Origin: Verrucomicrobiia bacterium
GTDB taxonomy: Bacteria; Verrucomicrobiota; Verrucomicrobiia; Limisphaerales; JADLHS01
NCBI GenBank assembly: GCA_023953615.1
Contig: JAMLJH010000002.1
Coordinates: 1,318,375 to 1,382,374, forward strand
Reading direction: 5' to 3'
Length of the DNA stretch: 64,000 nucleotides
Under the pieces are notes generated by a model. The model saw nothing but the letters and a program-made list of their open reading frames with translations, was not told where the DNA came from and did not search any database. Numbering within the stretch: the stretch's first letter is position 1; the number at the start of each line of letters is the position of its first letter. Positions 32,317 through 42,200 of the stretch are shown piece after piece. The position numbers were made by a program, and so were the translations under genes.

Positions 32317-32874
32317 TCAAGCGGGCCGTCCGGTCAGGGCGCGTGGAAAGAGAAACCGGTTTTCCTCATACATCTGCTCATGGATGAGTCGCTCGAACCG
32401 GGCGAGCGCCAGGCGCAAGACGCGGCTCTGCCCGCTCGCCGCCGGCGCTGCAGCCACCTCGTTGGCGAGACTTCGCAATTCAGCAATCGCCTCGTCCACC
32501 TCAAAATGCTGCTGCTTCCAACGTGCCGCACGGCGGCGCAGCAATTGGACTGAAGCGGTTTTTCCGGACGCCACTCCTTTCGGTCGCCGAGCTTGCGGAA
32601 AGACGACCTGCGCTTCGTCGCGCAGGTGTGCAATCAACCGCAATCGGAATACCTTGAACGCTTTTTCCAGCCGTCGAAGTTGCGGAGACACGCGTTCCGC
32701 TTTGGCAATGATGGCTTGAATCAATGCTTCGAGTCGCGCCAGTTCACACCGCAACAAAACCTGCTGTCGGGTTTCGAGCCGATCACACAACTGCGGCAGC
32801 GGCATCACTTCCAGCGATGCCGCCAGGCGCGGGCCTGGATTCCGTCGCACAACCTTCACGCGGCTACGCCCCAT
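32317..32874 (-). CDS. Hemerythrin-like (HHE cation-binding) domain protein
   Basis: Helical protein with two H..(D/E)E...FP motifs (IAHLRDEAQVVFPQ; IHEQMYEENRFLFPRA). It lies immediately downstream of, and overlaps, the 3' end of the RIC gene. The start is uncertain (ATG 32874 or TTG 32883). Confidence 0.5.
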   Translation of the reverse strand: MGRSRVKVVRRNPGPRLAASLEVMPLPQLCDRLETRQQVLLRCELARLEALIQAIIAKAERVSPQLRRLEKAFKVFRLRLIAHLRDEAQVVFPQARRPKGVASGKTASVQLLRRRAARWKQQHFEVDEAIAELRSLANEVAAAPAASGQSRVLRLALARFERLIHEQMYEENRFLFPRALTGRPA

Positions 32875-32879
32875 GCACT

Positions 32880-33614
32880 TCAAGCATTCGCCGGGACTGG
32901 CTGCGGACGCGCGGCCAATTTTTTACGCGCTTTCGGAAACAGGACATTGTTCTCCTTGTGGATGTGTTGATGCATGTTGCCATCCAATTGCTTCAAGGCA
33001 TCATACAGCGCTCGGAAGGTGTTGCACGCCCACTCGGGGGCGGTGAAGTTATCCGTCAAATCGTGGAATTTTTCCAAAGCCTCGCCCGCGCTATCATGCT
33101 CGTGCTCCATCTTCGCCAGCGTCTCGGCCAGGTTTAACTTCGAGGTTCTTTCGCCAGCCTCCTTGACTTCCAATTCGCAGATCGCCGGAAACACGCTTTC
33201 ATCCTCCTCATCCGTATGCGTGGTCATCTCGGCGTTGAAGCCTTCAAAAACCTTTCGCAGTTCGATCAATCGCGGCTCGTGCTCGCCATGCACCGCCAAA
33301 ACTTTGCGCGTCATGAAATCCAACCGGGACAGTTCCTCGCGCAAATAAGCGTGATGCGCTTCTTGAATGTGCTCGCACAGTTCCGTCAACGTCATGCCGT
33401 CCACATTCGTTCCAGTTGCTTGGTCCATCTGCCCGATGGCTGCCAGCATGGCCACGACCGTATTCACGTCGAGACCGCGCTCTTTGCAACTGTCGGCCAG
33501 CGACTTTTTGCCGCCACAACAAAAATCAATTTTCAAACTGTCGAAGATGCGCGACGTAGCCGGCGCCGTGCGAACAATGTCTCCAATCGTAGTTTCAGCA
33601 GTAATATTTAGCAT
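32880..33614 (-). CDS. ric: Iron-sulfur cluster repair di-iron protein (RIC / YtfE / ScdA family)
   Basis: 244 aa. N-terminal ScdA_N motif IGDIVRTAPATSRIFDSLKIDFCCGGKKSL and a C-terminal hemerythrin-like domain ending HIHKENNVLFPKA. Confidence 0.85.
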   Translation of the reverse strand: MLNITAETTIGDIVRTAPATSRIFDSLKIDFCCGGKKSLADSCKERGLDVNTVVAMLAAIGQMDQATGTNVDGMTLTELCEHIQEAHHAYLREELSRLDFMTRKVLAVHGEHEPRLIELRKVFEGFNAEMTTHTDEEDESVFPAICELEVKEAGERTSKLNLAETLAKMEHEHDSAGEALEKFHDLTDNFTAPEWACNTFRALYDALKQLDGNMHQHIHKENNVLFPKARKKLAARPQPVPANA

Positions 33615-33634
33615 GGAGAAACGCTAGCGGCGGT

Positions 33635-33659
33635 AAATATGTATTTCAAGTGCATATTT
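33635..33659. promoter_or_regulatory. Candidate NsrR (Rrf2-type)-like operator upstream of ric
   Basis: AAATATGTATTTCAAGTGCATATTT is a 9-bp-arm palindrome (one mismatch) centred about 33 bp upstream of the ric start codon. The core ATGTATTT-N-AAGTGCAT resembles the ATGyATTT-N-AAATrCAT NsrR consensus as I recall it. Confidence 0.35.
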
Positions 33660-34157
33660 TAACATCGCGACAATTTTTCAGCTTTTGTTAACGGCGAAAA
33701 TATCCAAAAGCGAGGACGAGAGAGCGAAAATATCCGGATTTATTCCACGCTTTTAATTTGTTGGCCCAAAGAGACTTACACATACTTTTAACCTCATTCT
33801 GTATAATCACTACATAGTCCGTGAAGCCAATTTTCCGACAGCAGCTTGTCATGCACTTTTCTCCAACCGGATGTCGCTGCCGCAGCTTCCAATCGGTGGT
33901 TACTGAATGGGGTGAGCATACCCGACGGTTCACAACCCTCCGGGAGCAGGTTGGCTTGGAGAACTTTGATAATGTGCATACAGACTTGTTCATAGCGGTG
34001 AAATGCCTGCAAGGCTTGCCCCCATTCGATTACAACCAAAATAAAAATTCACTTGCGTAGCTCCTGGCTCTGCCGTGCACCAAGCCCAACATCCGTAACG
34101 CAGGTTTACGCCAGAGTGGTCATTGACAAGCCCACCGTGGTTCGACAGTCTTGACGC

Positions 34158-35126
34158 ATGTCAAAACCGGCTTTGGGTCGCGGTCTTGGCGCGTTGTTAA
34201 GTGGCTCTTCGGCCGTTTCCAAACCCGCGCCGGGCGTGCCGTCTCCCGTCATTACCGAATCCACGAATACCACGCCATCGAGCGCCATCCCCGTCAGCTC
34301 GGGGAGCACGCTGACGCCGGGTTCAGGATCGCGCGACCTGGTGCGGCGCGTGCCGGTCAATCAGGTAAAACCCTGCGCCTTTCAGCCGCGTAAGGATTTC
34401 CCCGTCGAAGCGTTGCAAGAGCTGGCGGATTCAATCAAGGAACGTGGCATCGTCCAGCCCCTGATCGTCCGGATGCAAAACGGGCAGTTTGAATTGATCG
34501 CCGGGGAGCGCCGTTGGCGGGCCGCGCAACTGGCGGGTTTGACCGAAGTGCCCGTCATTGTCCGGGAAGCCGATGATCGCGCGGTCCTAGAGATGGCGCT
34601 CATCGAAAATCTGCAGCGCGAGAACTTGAACGCCATCGAGGAAGCGCTCGGATTCGCCCAATTGATCAATCAGTTTCAACTGACGCAGGAAGCGGCAGCA
34701 GCCAAGGTGGGCAAAAGCCGGACGGTCGTCGCAAACGCGCTGCGACTGCTCAAACTACCGGGCGACGTGCAGGAGTTTATTCGTGGCGGACGACTTTCCG
34801 TCGGTCACGCCAAGGTCATTCTGGGACTGACCGATCCGTTGCAACAAGGCGCCGCAGCAGAGCGGATCATCAAGGAAGGGTTGAACGTGCGGCAGACCGA
34901 GGGGCTGGTGGCCAAACTCACAGCCAGGGGACCGGCGCGAAAGTCCGCCAGTCCGATCGTGTCCGCGGACGCTCACGTCGCGAATCTGGAAAATAAAATC
35001 CGCGAGCGGCTCGGCACCAAGGTTGCCCTGCACTATCAAAACGGCAAAGGGAAACTGGAGGTCTCCTTCTTTAGCGAGGCGGAACTGGAAGGCGTGTTGC
35101 AAATCCTGGGCATCAACCCCGATTGA
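34158..35126 (+). CDS. parB: ParB/Spo0J family chromosome partitioning protein
   Basis: KPALGRGLGALL, IVQPLIVR and FELIAGERRWRAAQLAGLTEVPVIVRE, plus an HTH and a C-terminal dimerisation region. No parA gene is adjacent. Confidence 0.85.
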   Translation: MSKPALGRGLGALLSGSSAVSKPAPGVPSPVITESTNTTPSSAIPVSSGSTLTPGSGSRDLVRRVPVNQVKPCAFQPRKDFPVEALQELADSIKERGIVQPLIVRMQNGQFELIAGERRWRAAQLAGLTEVPVIVREADDRAVLEMALIENLQRENLNAIEEALGFAQLINQFQLTQEAAAAKVGKSRTVVANALRLLKLPGDVQEFIRGGRLSVGHAKVILGLTDPLQQGAAAERIIKEGLNVRQTEGLVAKLTARGPARKSASPIVSADAHVANLENKIRERLGTKVALHYQNGKGKLEVSFFSEAELEGVLQILGINPD

Positions 35127-35238
35127 ATCCGCCACCGCACCGCCCTGCCTCGCGAGCTGTCGCTTTGTCTCGCGGAATTTTTCCGTGCGTTCGCCCGGGG
35201 ATTTCGTGTATTTGAAAGATCGTTTTTTCGAATTGAAT

Positions 35239-36366
35239 ATGACCAATACTCCTGAATTACGCGCCGCCACCGCGGGCCAGCTCCAAACTCACGGCACTCA
35301 AGTGACCGCACTGCACGCGTTCGTGGGCTTGGACGGTTTCGTGGATGAGATTCTGCACGTCGTGGACAAACGCGAAAGCGCCGAGAAATACACCCGCCTG
35401 CCCACCATCGCCCAATACGCGGAACGATTGGCGCACGCAGCCGGCAAGAGTACCAACGTGGAACTGATCCGGCGGCAAACCAAACTAGGCGGCAACGGTC
35501 CGATCATGGCCAACGCCCTGGCCAGTTTCGGAATGCGGGTCTGTTACCTCGGGAATCTCGGTTATCCCAACATCCATCCGGTGTTCTCAGATTTCACGCA
35601 ACGCGCCGAAGTCCACACGCTGGCCGAACCGGGTTACACGGATGCGTTGGAGTTCGACGACGGCAAGATCATGTGTGGCAAACTGGCGTCGCTTTATGAC
35701 GTCAATTGGGAAAATCTCAAAAGCCGGTTTGGCCTGGAAAAATTGACGGCCCGAATGCAACAGGCGCAATTCCTGGGCTTCGCGAATTGGACGATGTTGA
35801 CCGGCATGAACGACATCTGGGAAGCGGTGCAAAAGGAGGTTTGTCCACGGCTCACCGGACCGCGCCGAAAAATTTTCTTCGACCTTGCCGATCCGGAAAA
35901 GCGAACGCATGCCGATGTGTTGCGCGCGTTGAAGCTCATCACCGGTTTTGAACAATACTTCGATGCGATTCTCGGCCTGAATGAGAAGGAAGCGTATGAA
36001 ATCGGCGCGCACCTGGAATTAGACACCAACCAACGCACGCCGGAAGGGTTGTCGGCGCTGGCACGGCAAATTCAGGCGCGACTCCAAATCAACACGGTGG
36101 TTGTGCATCCGGTCAGTTACGCGCTGGCCGTGAGCGCCGGGGATACCGCGTTGGTGGAAGGACCCTACACGCCCAAACCGCTGATCACCACGGGCGCGGG
36201 CGATCACTTCAACGCCGGATTCTGCCTCGGAAAATTGCTCGGCTTAAACAACGCGCAAGCTTTGTTGACCGGCGTGAGCACCAGCGGATTTTACGTCCGC
36301 ACCGGCCAGAGTCCCAGCGTGACGGACGTGGCCAACTTTCAGCAAAACTGGCCCCTCAAAGCGTAA
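35239..36366 (+). CDS. PfkB family carbohydrate kinase
   Basis: C-terminal TTGAGDHFNAGFCLG (PfkB signature 2-like) and a GGNGPIMANAL glycine motif. The ATG at 35239 (MTNTPEL...) is preferred; the ORF-track start at 35023 overlaps parB. Confidence 0.6.
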   Translation: MTNTPELRAATAGQLQTHGTQVTALHAFVGLDGFVDEILHVVDKRESAEKYTRLPTIAQYAERLAHAAGKSTNVELIRRQTKLGGNGPIMANALASFGMRVCYLGNLGYPNIHPVFSDFTQRAEVHTLAEPGYTDALEFDDGKIMCGKLASLYDVNWENLKSRFGLEKLTARMQQAQFLGFANWTMLTGMNDIWEAVQKEVCPRLTGPRRKIFFDLADPEKRTHADVLRALKLITGFEQYFDAILGLNEKEAYEIGAHLELDTNQRTPEGLSALARQIQARLQINTVVVHPVSYALAVSAGDTALVEGPYTPKPLITTGAGDHFNAGFCLGKLLGLNNAQALLTGVSTSGFYVRTGQSPSVTDVANFQQNWPLKA

Positions 36367-36501
36367 ACCCAATTTCATCGTTACCTCGACCCTCCAGAAA
36401 ATTCCACTCCGCATCCACTGAATGAATTTGAAAATCAGCCATCGCCGTGATTGGAATTGTCCGTCGCACTTCGCCCGCGCCGGCTCAAAGCCTCCTGTCG
36501 C

Positions 36502-37083
36502 ATGATTTTGGAAGTGGTTAAATACGGTCATCCGATGCTGCGCCAGAAAGGGCCGCGGCTCGAAACGGTTACAGCGGAGCATCGCCAGTTGATCGCGGAT
36601 ATGTTCGAGACGATGTATGCCGCCAAGGGCATTGGACTGGCGGCGCAACAAGTCGGACGCGCCCTTCAAATCACCGTGTTGGATTTGCGCGGTGTCAAAG
36701 ATCGCCCCTCCACGTTGGAAGTGGATGGCAAAGTCCTGGACGTGGAGAAATTCATGCCGTTGGTGCTGATCAATCCCGAAATTCAACCTCTGAACGATCC
36801 GGTGCTGGGACCGGAAGGCTGTTTGAGTTTTCCAGAACTTTACGGCGACGTGTTGCGCCCCGAAGCCATCACGGTCAAAGCGTGGAATGCCAAGGGCGAG
36901 TCGTTTACTTTTCGCTGCGGCGGATTGCTGGCGCGCGCCGTCCAGCACGAGGCGGATCATTTGAATGGGATTTTGTTCATTGACCGCATGGACCGCAAAT
37001 CGAAGGACGAAATCCGCGCTGAACTGGACGCGCTGCAAACGGAAACCAAAGCGGCGCTCGAACTGGCGCACAAAAAGAAATAA
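36502..37083 (+). CDS. def: Peptide deformylase
   Basis: The three canonical motifs GIGLAAQQVG, EGCLSFP and HEADHLNG are present. The ATG at 36502 (MILEVVKYGHPMLR) is the likely start. Confidence 0.9.
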   Translation: MILEVVKYGHPMLRQKGPRLETVTAEHRQLIADMFETMYAAKGIGLAAQQVGRALQITVLDLRGVKDRPSTLEVDGKVLDVEKFMPLVLINPEIQPLNDPVLGPEGCLSFPELYGDVLRPEAITVKAWNAKGESFTFRCGGLLARAVQHEADHLNGILFIDRMDRKSKDEIRAELDALQTETKAALELAHKKK

Positions 37084-37388
37084 CGCATCGCAACAATAGC
37101 GACTGAACTCGCCGCGCGGCACCAACGCCCATCCGGGAGGTCGCGCCGAATCGTTTGACTCGCATCTGACTCGACTGCGGACCTGCCGCCCCCATTTTGT
37201 CGAGACGGTCAAACGAATCGCCCACTTTGCCCGCCGCCGCTTCGACGGCTTGCCGATACTGCTCACTCCCGAACGAGAGCCGGGGTAGAATCCAAGTCGC
37301 GGAACATCGGCTTGTGCCTGTGGGCAACCAAAGCATCGTCGTCACTCGCTTTGACGCGCGGGAAAGTCATTCCCCCCCCGAAAAAAGA

Positions 37389-38576
37389 CTATTGCAGCCA
37401 ATGACTGGCCGGCTTCGTTAGAAATTCAGCCAGTTCAATTCCCTGTCCACCCACGAGGAGTTTGCGCTTGGGTTTGAAATGCGTGGCGAAAGCCGCCATC
37501 CCCGGCAACGATTCAGCACGCCGTCCGCTTTTCACTTCGATGGCCACGGTTGTGTTACCCCGGCGCAGGATGAAATCCACTTCCTGATTCCGTTCCCTCC
37601 AATACGTCAACTCGATGTTGGTGCCGAAGCTGGTGTTAAGCAGGTGTGCCCCGACGCAGGACTCGACCAACCGACCCCAATAATTGCCATCCTGCCGGGC
37701 TTCTGCCGCTGTCCGGTTGTCCTGCGCGGTCATCAACGCCGTGTTGAGCACCTGCAATTTTGGACTCGACCCGCGCTGGCGAACGAGTCCATGAGCATAC
37801 TTGGAAAGCCCCGCGACCATGCCCGCCCCTTGGAGCAATTCCAAATAGTGTGCGAGCGTGACGGTGTTGCCCGCGTCCGTAAGCTGGCCGAGCATTTTCT
37901 GATAGGAAAGAATCTGGCTGGAATAGACGCAACCAAGATGGAACAATTGTCGTAACAGCGCGGGCTTGTCCACGCGATTCAGCAAGAGAATGTCGCGTGA
38001 GATCGTGGTCTCAATGAGGGCATCCACGATATACCGCCGCCACCGTTCCGGCTCCGTGATCAATTCGGCCGCGCCGGGATATGCGCCATAGAAAATGTAT
38101 TGCTCCAGATTCCAACCAAAGGCTTCCCGCATTTCGGCGAACGACCAGTGCGGCACGGCAATCACCTCGAACCGCCCAGCGAGGCTCTCCGTCAAACCAC
38201 GCTGAATGAGCAACGGCGCAGAACCAAGCAAAACGACCTTCAGCGGCAAAGCGGCGTGCGTGTCCGCGTCCCACAGTAATTTCACCACCGTTGACCAGTC
38301 CGAAATTTTCTGGACTTCGTCCAGCACCAGCAATGCGCCGGTTTTGCCTTCGCGCGCCATCAATCGCGCAGCGTCCCACTGTTGCTCAACCCAGGTGCGA
38401 TCCCGCATGGACGGTTCGTCGGCGGAGGCGTAATGCGCGGGCAGCTTCGATGACTTGATAACCTGTCTGGCCAAGGTGGTTTTCCCGACCTGACGCGGGC
38501 CGGCCAGCACCTGCAAGAAGCGGCGTTTTTCCTTGAGCCGTTTCAGCAGTTCGTCATGGAGCGTCTGGCGGGTCAT
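37389..38576 (-). CDS. AAA-type ATPase (AAA_14 + DUF4143 architecture)
   Basis: 395 aa. Walker A LAGPRQVGKTTLARQV, Walker B LLVLDEVQ and a C-terminal DUF4143-like region (EVDFILRRGNTTVAIEVK). It is the last high-GC gene before the island. Confidence 0.75.
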   Translation of the reverse strand: MTRQTLHDELLKRLKEKRRFLQVLAGPRQVGKTTLARQVIKSSKLPAHYASADEPSMRDRTWVEQQWDAARLMAREGKTGALLVLDEVQKISDWSTVVKLLWDADTHAALPLKVVLLGSAPLLIQRGLTESLAGRFEVIAVPHWSFAEMREAFGWNLEQYIFYGAYPGAAELITEPERWRRYIVDALIETTISRDILLLNRVDKPALLRQLFHLGCVYSSQILSYQKMLGQLTDAGNTVTLAHYLELLQGAGMVAGLSKYAHGLVRQRGSSPKLQVLNTALMTAQDNRTAAEARQDGNYWGRLVESCVGAHLLNTSFGTNIELTYWRERNQEVDFILRRGNTTVAIEVKSGRRAESLPGMAAFATHFKPKRKLLVGGQGIELAEFLTKPASHWLQ

Positions 38577-39255
38577 ACAATTTACTCAATACTCTGAGTT
38601 AAATTACTCAATACAGAAGCTTGGTCAAATTTTTCTTAAAGGTTTCCCATTGGCGGACCCGAGAACCAAGCATGTTGCAACTTGGCCGGTCGCCTGATTA
38701 TCACCCCGGTCTCAAAACAGGCACGCTCAGGTTTCCCAATTGTTTACCCCTCCAAAACGGCTCGCACCGGCACTTTTCTAAATCTCACTTTGATTCGGAC
38801 CGGCTGATTGCGGATTTATTGCGTTTTCACAACGAAGCGAATATCGCTACAATGTGCAAACGTAAAAATGAAGCATCCAAACCCCGTATGGGGCTCGGTT
38901 GGAGCAGTCACCGACACAGCCATTGAATTTAGAACGCTGAATCCAAAGCCATTTGTTGCGGGACTCGGCGCTCAGTTTGTTAAAAAAGCCACCCTGCATT
39001 TTTAACAGGCAAAAATGACGGCATCGTTCGATGAAGCTGTCATAGGTGTAGTCCACAAAATGCGCATTCCCAACGGAATTCCCATCTGAAAACGTCTGCC
39101 GCGTCCGTTGATGGGCCGCATTCATTTCGTAACCATGCTGGTTGATCAAGCCCATTGAGGTATAAAGCATGCTGTTGGTTAAGCGCGCCAACGAGTCGTA
39201 ATCATTCTGGATGAATTTGCTCCAAGTGTAACCCGGCGGGAGCAGATATTGCACC

Positions 39256-42200
39256 ATGATGGATCGTTTGATTCCTCAGGGGCGTTGTCGTGATTTTGTT
39301 TTGGGTTCCGGTAACTCCCCATTAAACGGTACTTGGGATGTGGTATTTCGCGGAAAGGTGGTGGCTTCTTCCGGAAGTCCCAATGGCTGGGATGTAGAGG
39401 AAGATCACACCTTTTTTCAAGGGCACATCATTACTGTTCCAACCAACGCCGTGCCAGATCAGGGCTATGAAGTGCGGGTAAAACAACGGGAATGGGCTTC
39501 AGGGCGTTCTGCCGCTTTCACTGTCTTGTCCAAGGGAGCAATTCCGAGCGCACCGGTACTTTTGCCCCTGATTCTTTCTACCAACATGTCCCCCGCATCC
39601 GGGGAAATGGTCTTGCTAACTGTGGCGATTGACAATCCTGCTCCGCTTGGAGGAGCAACCGTATCGCTAAAAACTAACGGTGTCTATTACGGAGCGGTAA
39701 CCATACCAGAAGGCCAAAGTTTGATCACCACAAACATTAACACGACGGGGGCAGCAGGAACCGCCTGTGAAATCTTTGCTTCTTACAATGGCTATCGCAA
39801 GGCCAGCGTACAATTTGTAGATGGCTGTGAGCCTCCAGACACCCCCACTGGATTTTATGCAGACGCAAATACGTCTGGAATTATTCTCAATTGGGATGTG
39901 GCGAGCGATGTAACTAGTTATAGCATAAGCCGCAGTGTGAATGACACGAATTCTTACCAGCTGATTTTCACCGGACTGGCAACCAACGTATTTATTGATA
40001 CGGATGTAATCCCCGGCACGAATTACTTTTACCAGTTGACTGGCCGACGCGTCACCTTCTATTATTATGAGGTGGTGGGGAAGTGTAACCCGGATGATGA
40101 AATATCCCTGTGCGCCTTGCCACGTTACCAAGCGCCCCCCGGCGTGACCGCCAAGTTGCGTCCAGTCAACAAGTATGGCGCTGATCTTGGTGGTTACGAT
40201 TTTTTCACCCGTCCGACCCGTTGGCGGGATTCCGGCGGCGAAACGCCGTTCGAGTGCTTTGATTTCCCCGGCTATATCCTGACTTTGCAAGACGGCACGG
40301 AATTTTACATCCAGCGGAAATTACAGGGAGAATTCACGTTCTTGTCCAACGACTGCGATGGGCAGGCGGCGGCTTACATCGGCGAGCCCACCAGTTCCGG
40401 CTTTTACGTGGAAGCCTACGGCAAACCTTATCTGGCGGAAATCCGACAACGCGGTGGCGATCGGATTTATTTCAACCGGGATGAAATCGGGACGTTCGGC
40501 CAGCCCAATTTGCGGATTCAACATTTCAACGCCAGCAACCAACTCACCCGCTCCATTTTGATTGAACGCGACGGTCAGGGCCGCATTGCGGCCATCAGCG
40601 ACCCGCTGGGCCTGAACGAAAACGGCCTGCCAATGGGCTGGCCGGCCTTGAAATACGAATACGACAGCGCCGGCAACCTGGCCAAAGTCCTGAAGCTGGT
40701 GGATCGCCTGACCGGCGCGTATCTCACCAATCAATACTACTACGAGAACAGCCAGTTCCCGCATTACATTACCGGCATCCGGGATTCACGTGGCAAACTG
40801 GTGACCCGAAATGAATACGATTCCCTCGGGCGATTGACGACCATCAAAAACGCCAGCGACCAGACCAGCCGGTTCGAGCATGATCTGGCCAACCGGCGGG
40901 AGATTCAATATGGCCGTTCCGGCGCGGCGACGCAGTTCAAGTATGACTCCCGAGGCAACGTGTTGCTGGTGACCGATCCACTCGGCCACACCAACAGCTT
41001 CACCTACGATGACAACGGCTACCGGCTTACCAGCACCGATGCCTTGGGCCGCACGACGTATTACACCAACGATGCCGATGGCAATGTTTTGGCCGTGGTG
41101 TTGCCGCATCCGCCGGGGGCGGACCCGGCGGCTTACACCACGCATTTCAGCTACGACCAGTTTGGCAATCAAACCCGGGTGCAACTGCCGACCGGAGCGG
41201 TCATCAACAACATCTACGATCCGCTCACGGGGAATTTGATTGCCGTCACAGATGGGGAGAACAACCTGATTTCCAGCACGGAATACGACGGCAACGGTTT
41301 GCCCAAAACGGAAACCGACCAGTTTGGCTCGTTGCACTATGCTTATGATGGGATGGGCAACCTGACCTTCATGACCAACTCGCTCGGACAGGTGGTGGAG
41401 AGCGGTTACGACCTCAACGGCAATCTGACGACTCTGGTGGACAACGGGCAAACCAACACCATCAGCTATGACGCCTTGAACCGGGAAACGGGCGCGGATT
41501 ACGGCAACAACATCTCCGTCAACTACGGGTTCGAGGGTGAGGGCGAATGGACGACGGTGAGCGGGCCAACATTGGGGAACATGGAGCGGCGCCTGGATGA
41601 TCAGGGCCGGTTGGCGGGGTGGGAAACGGCCAATGGTTCCTCGCCCGGTTTTGCCTACGATGTGAACGGGCGATTGCAGTATGAAACCAATTCCATCGGG
41701 GTGGTGACCTACACGGTTTATGACCTTGCCGGGCGCGCGGTGGCGACAACGAATCTGACGACCGGGGCTGGCAATGCGTATGGCTATGATGCCGCCAATC
41801 AGCGGGTGGCGGTGACCAATGCGCTGGGTTACTTCACCCGCTATGCGTATAACGTGGACGGTTCGCTGGCGGCGATGACCGATGCGTTGCAGCGGCAATG
41901 GCTGTACGACTACGACACGGGCGGGGCATGTTGCGGCGGCGGCTCGACCACCACGACGATGACGGACCCGTTGGGACGGCAGACGATTGACCTGCGTTCG
42001 GCGCATGGCCTGCCGGTTGCGACCATCTGGCGGTCGGGGATGAACGTGAGTTCCAACTACACCGAATATCTGGCGGGCATGACCACCGAGGAACAGGAGG
42101 CGGAGGAATATCCCGTGGCGATCACGGATGAGGGCGGGCGGACGCGGCGGTATGAGTATGACGAGATGGGCCGGTTGTCTCGGGCGACGGATTTGAGCGG

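Noticed and set aside
33688-34060. Small ORFs (101, 81, 79 aa) in the AT-rich region upstream of parB
   Set aside because: They overlap one another on both strands, are Cys/Arg/Lys-rich, and have no RBS or motifs. The region is treated as non-coding.
38847-39257. 136-aa minus-strand ORF at the left island border (MVQYLLPPGYTWSKFIQNDYDS...)
   Set aside because: The N-terminal half looks protein-like, but the C-terminal half is Cys/Trp-rich junk. No family is recognised, and it overlaps the RHS start by 2 nt. It may be a gene remnant, but evidence is insufficient to call it.
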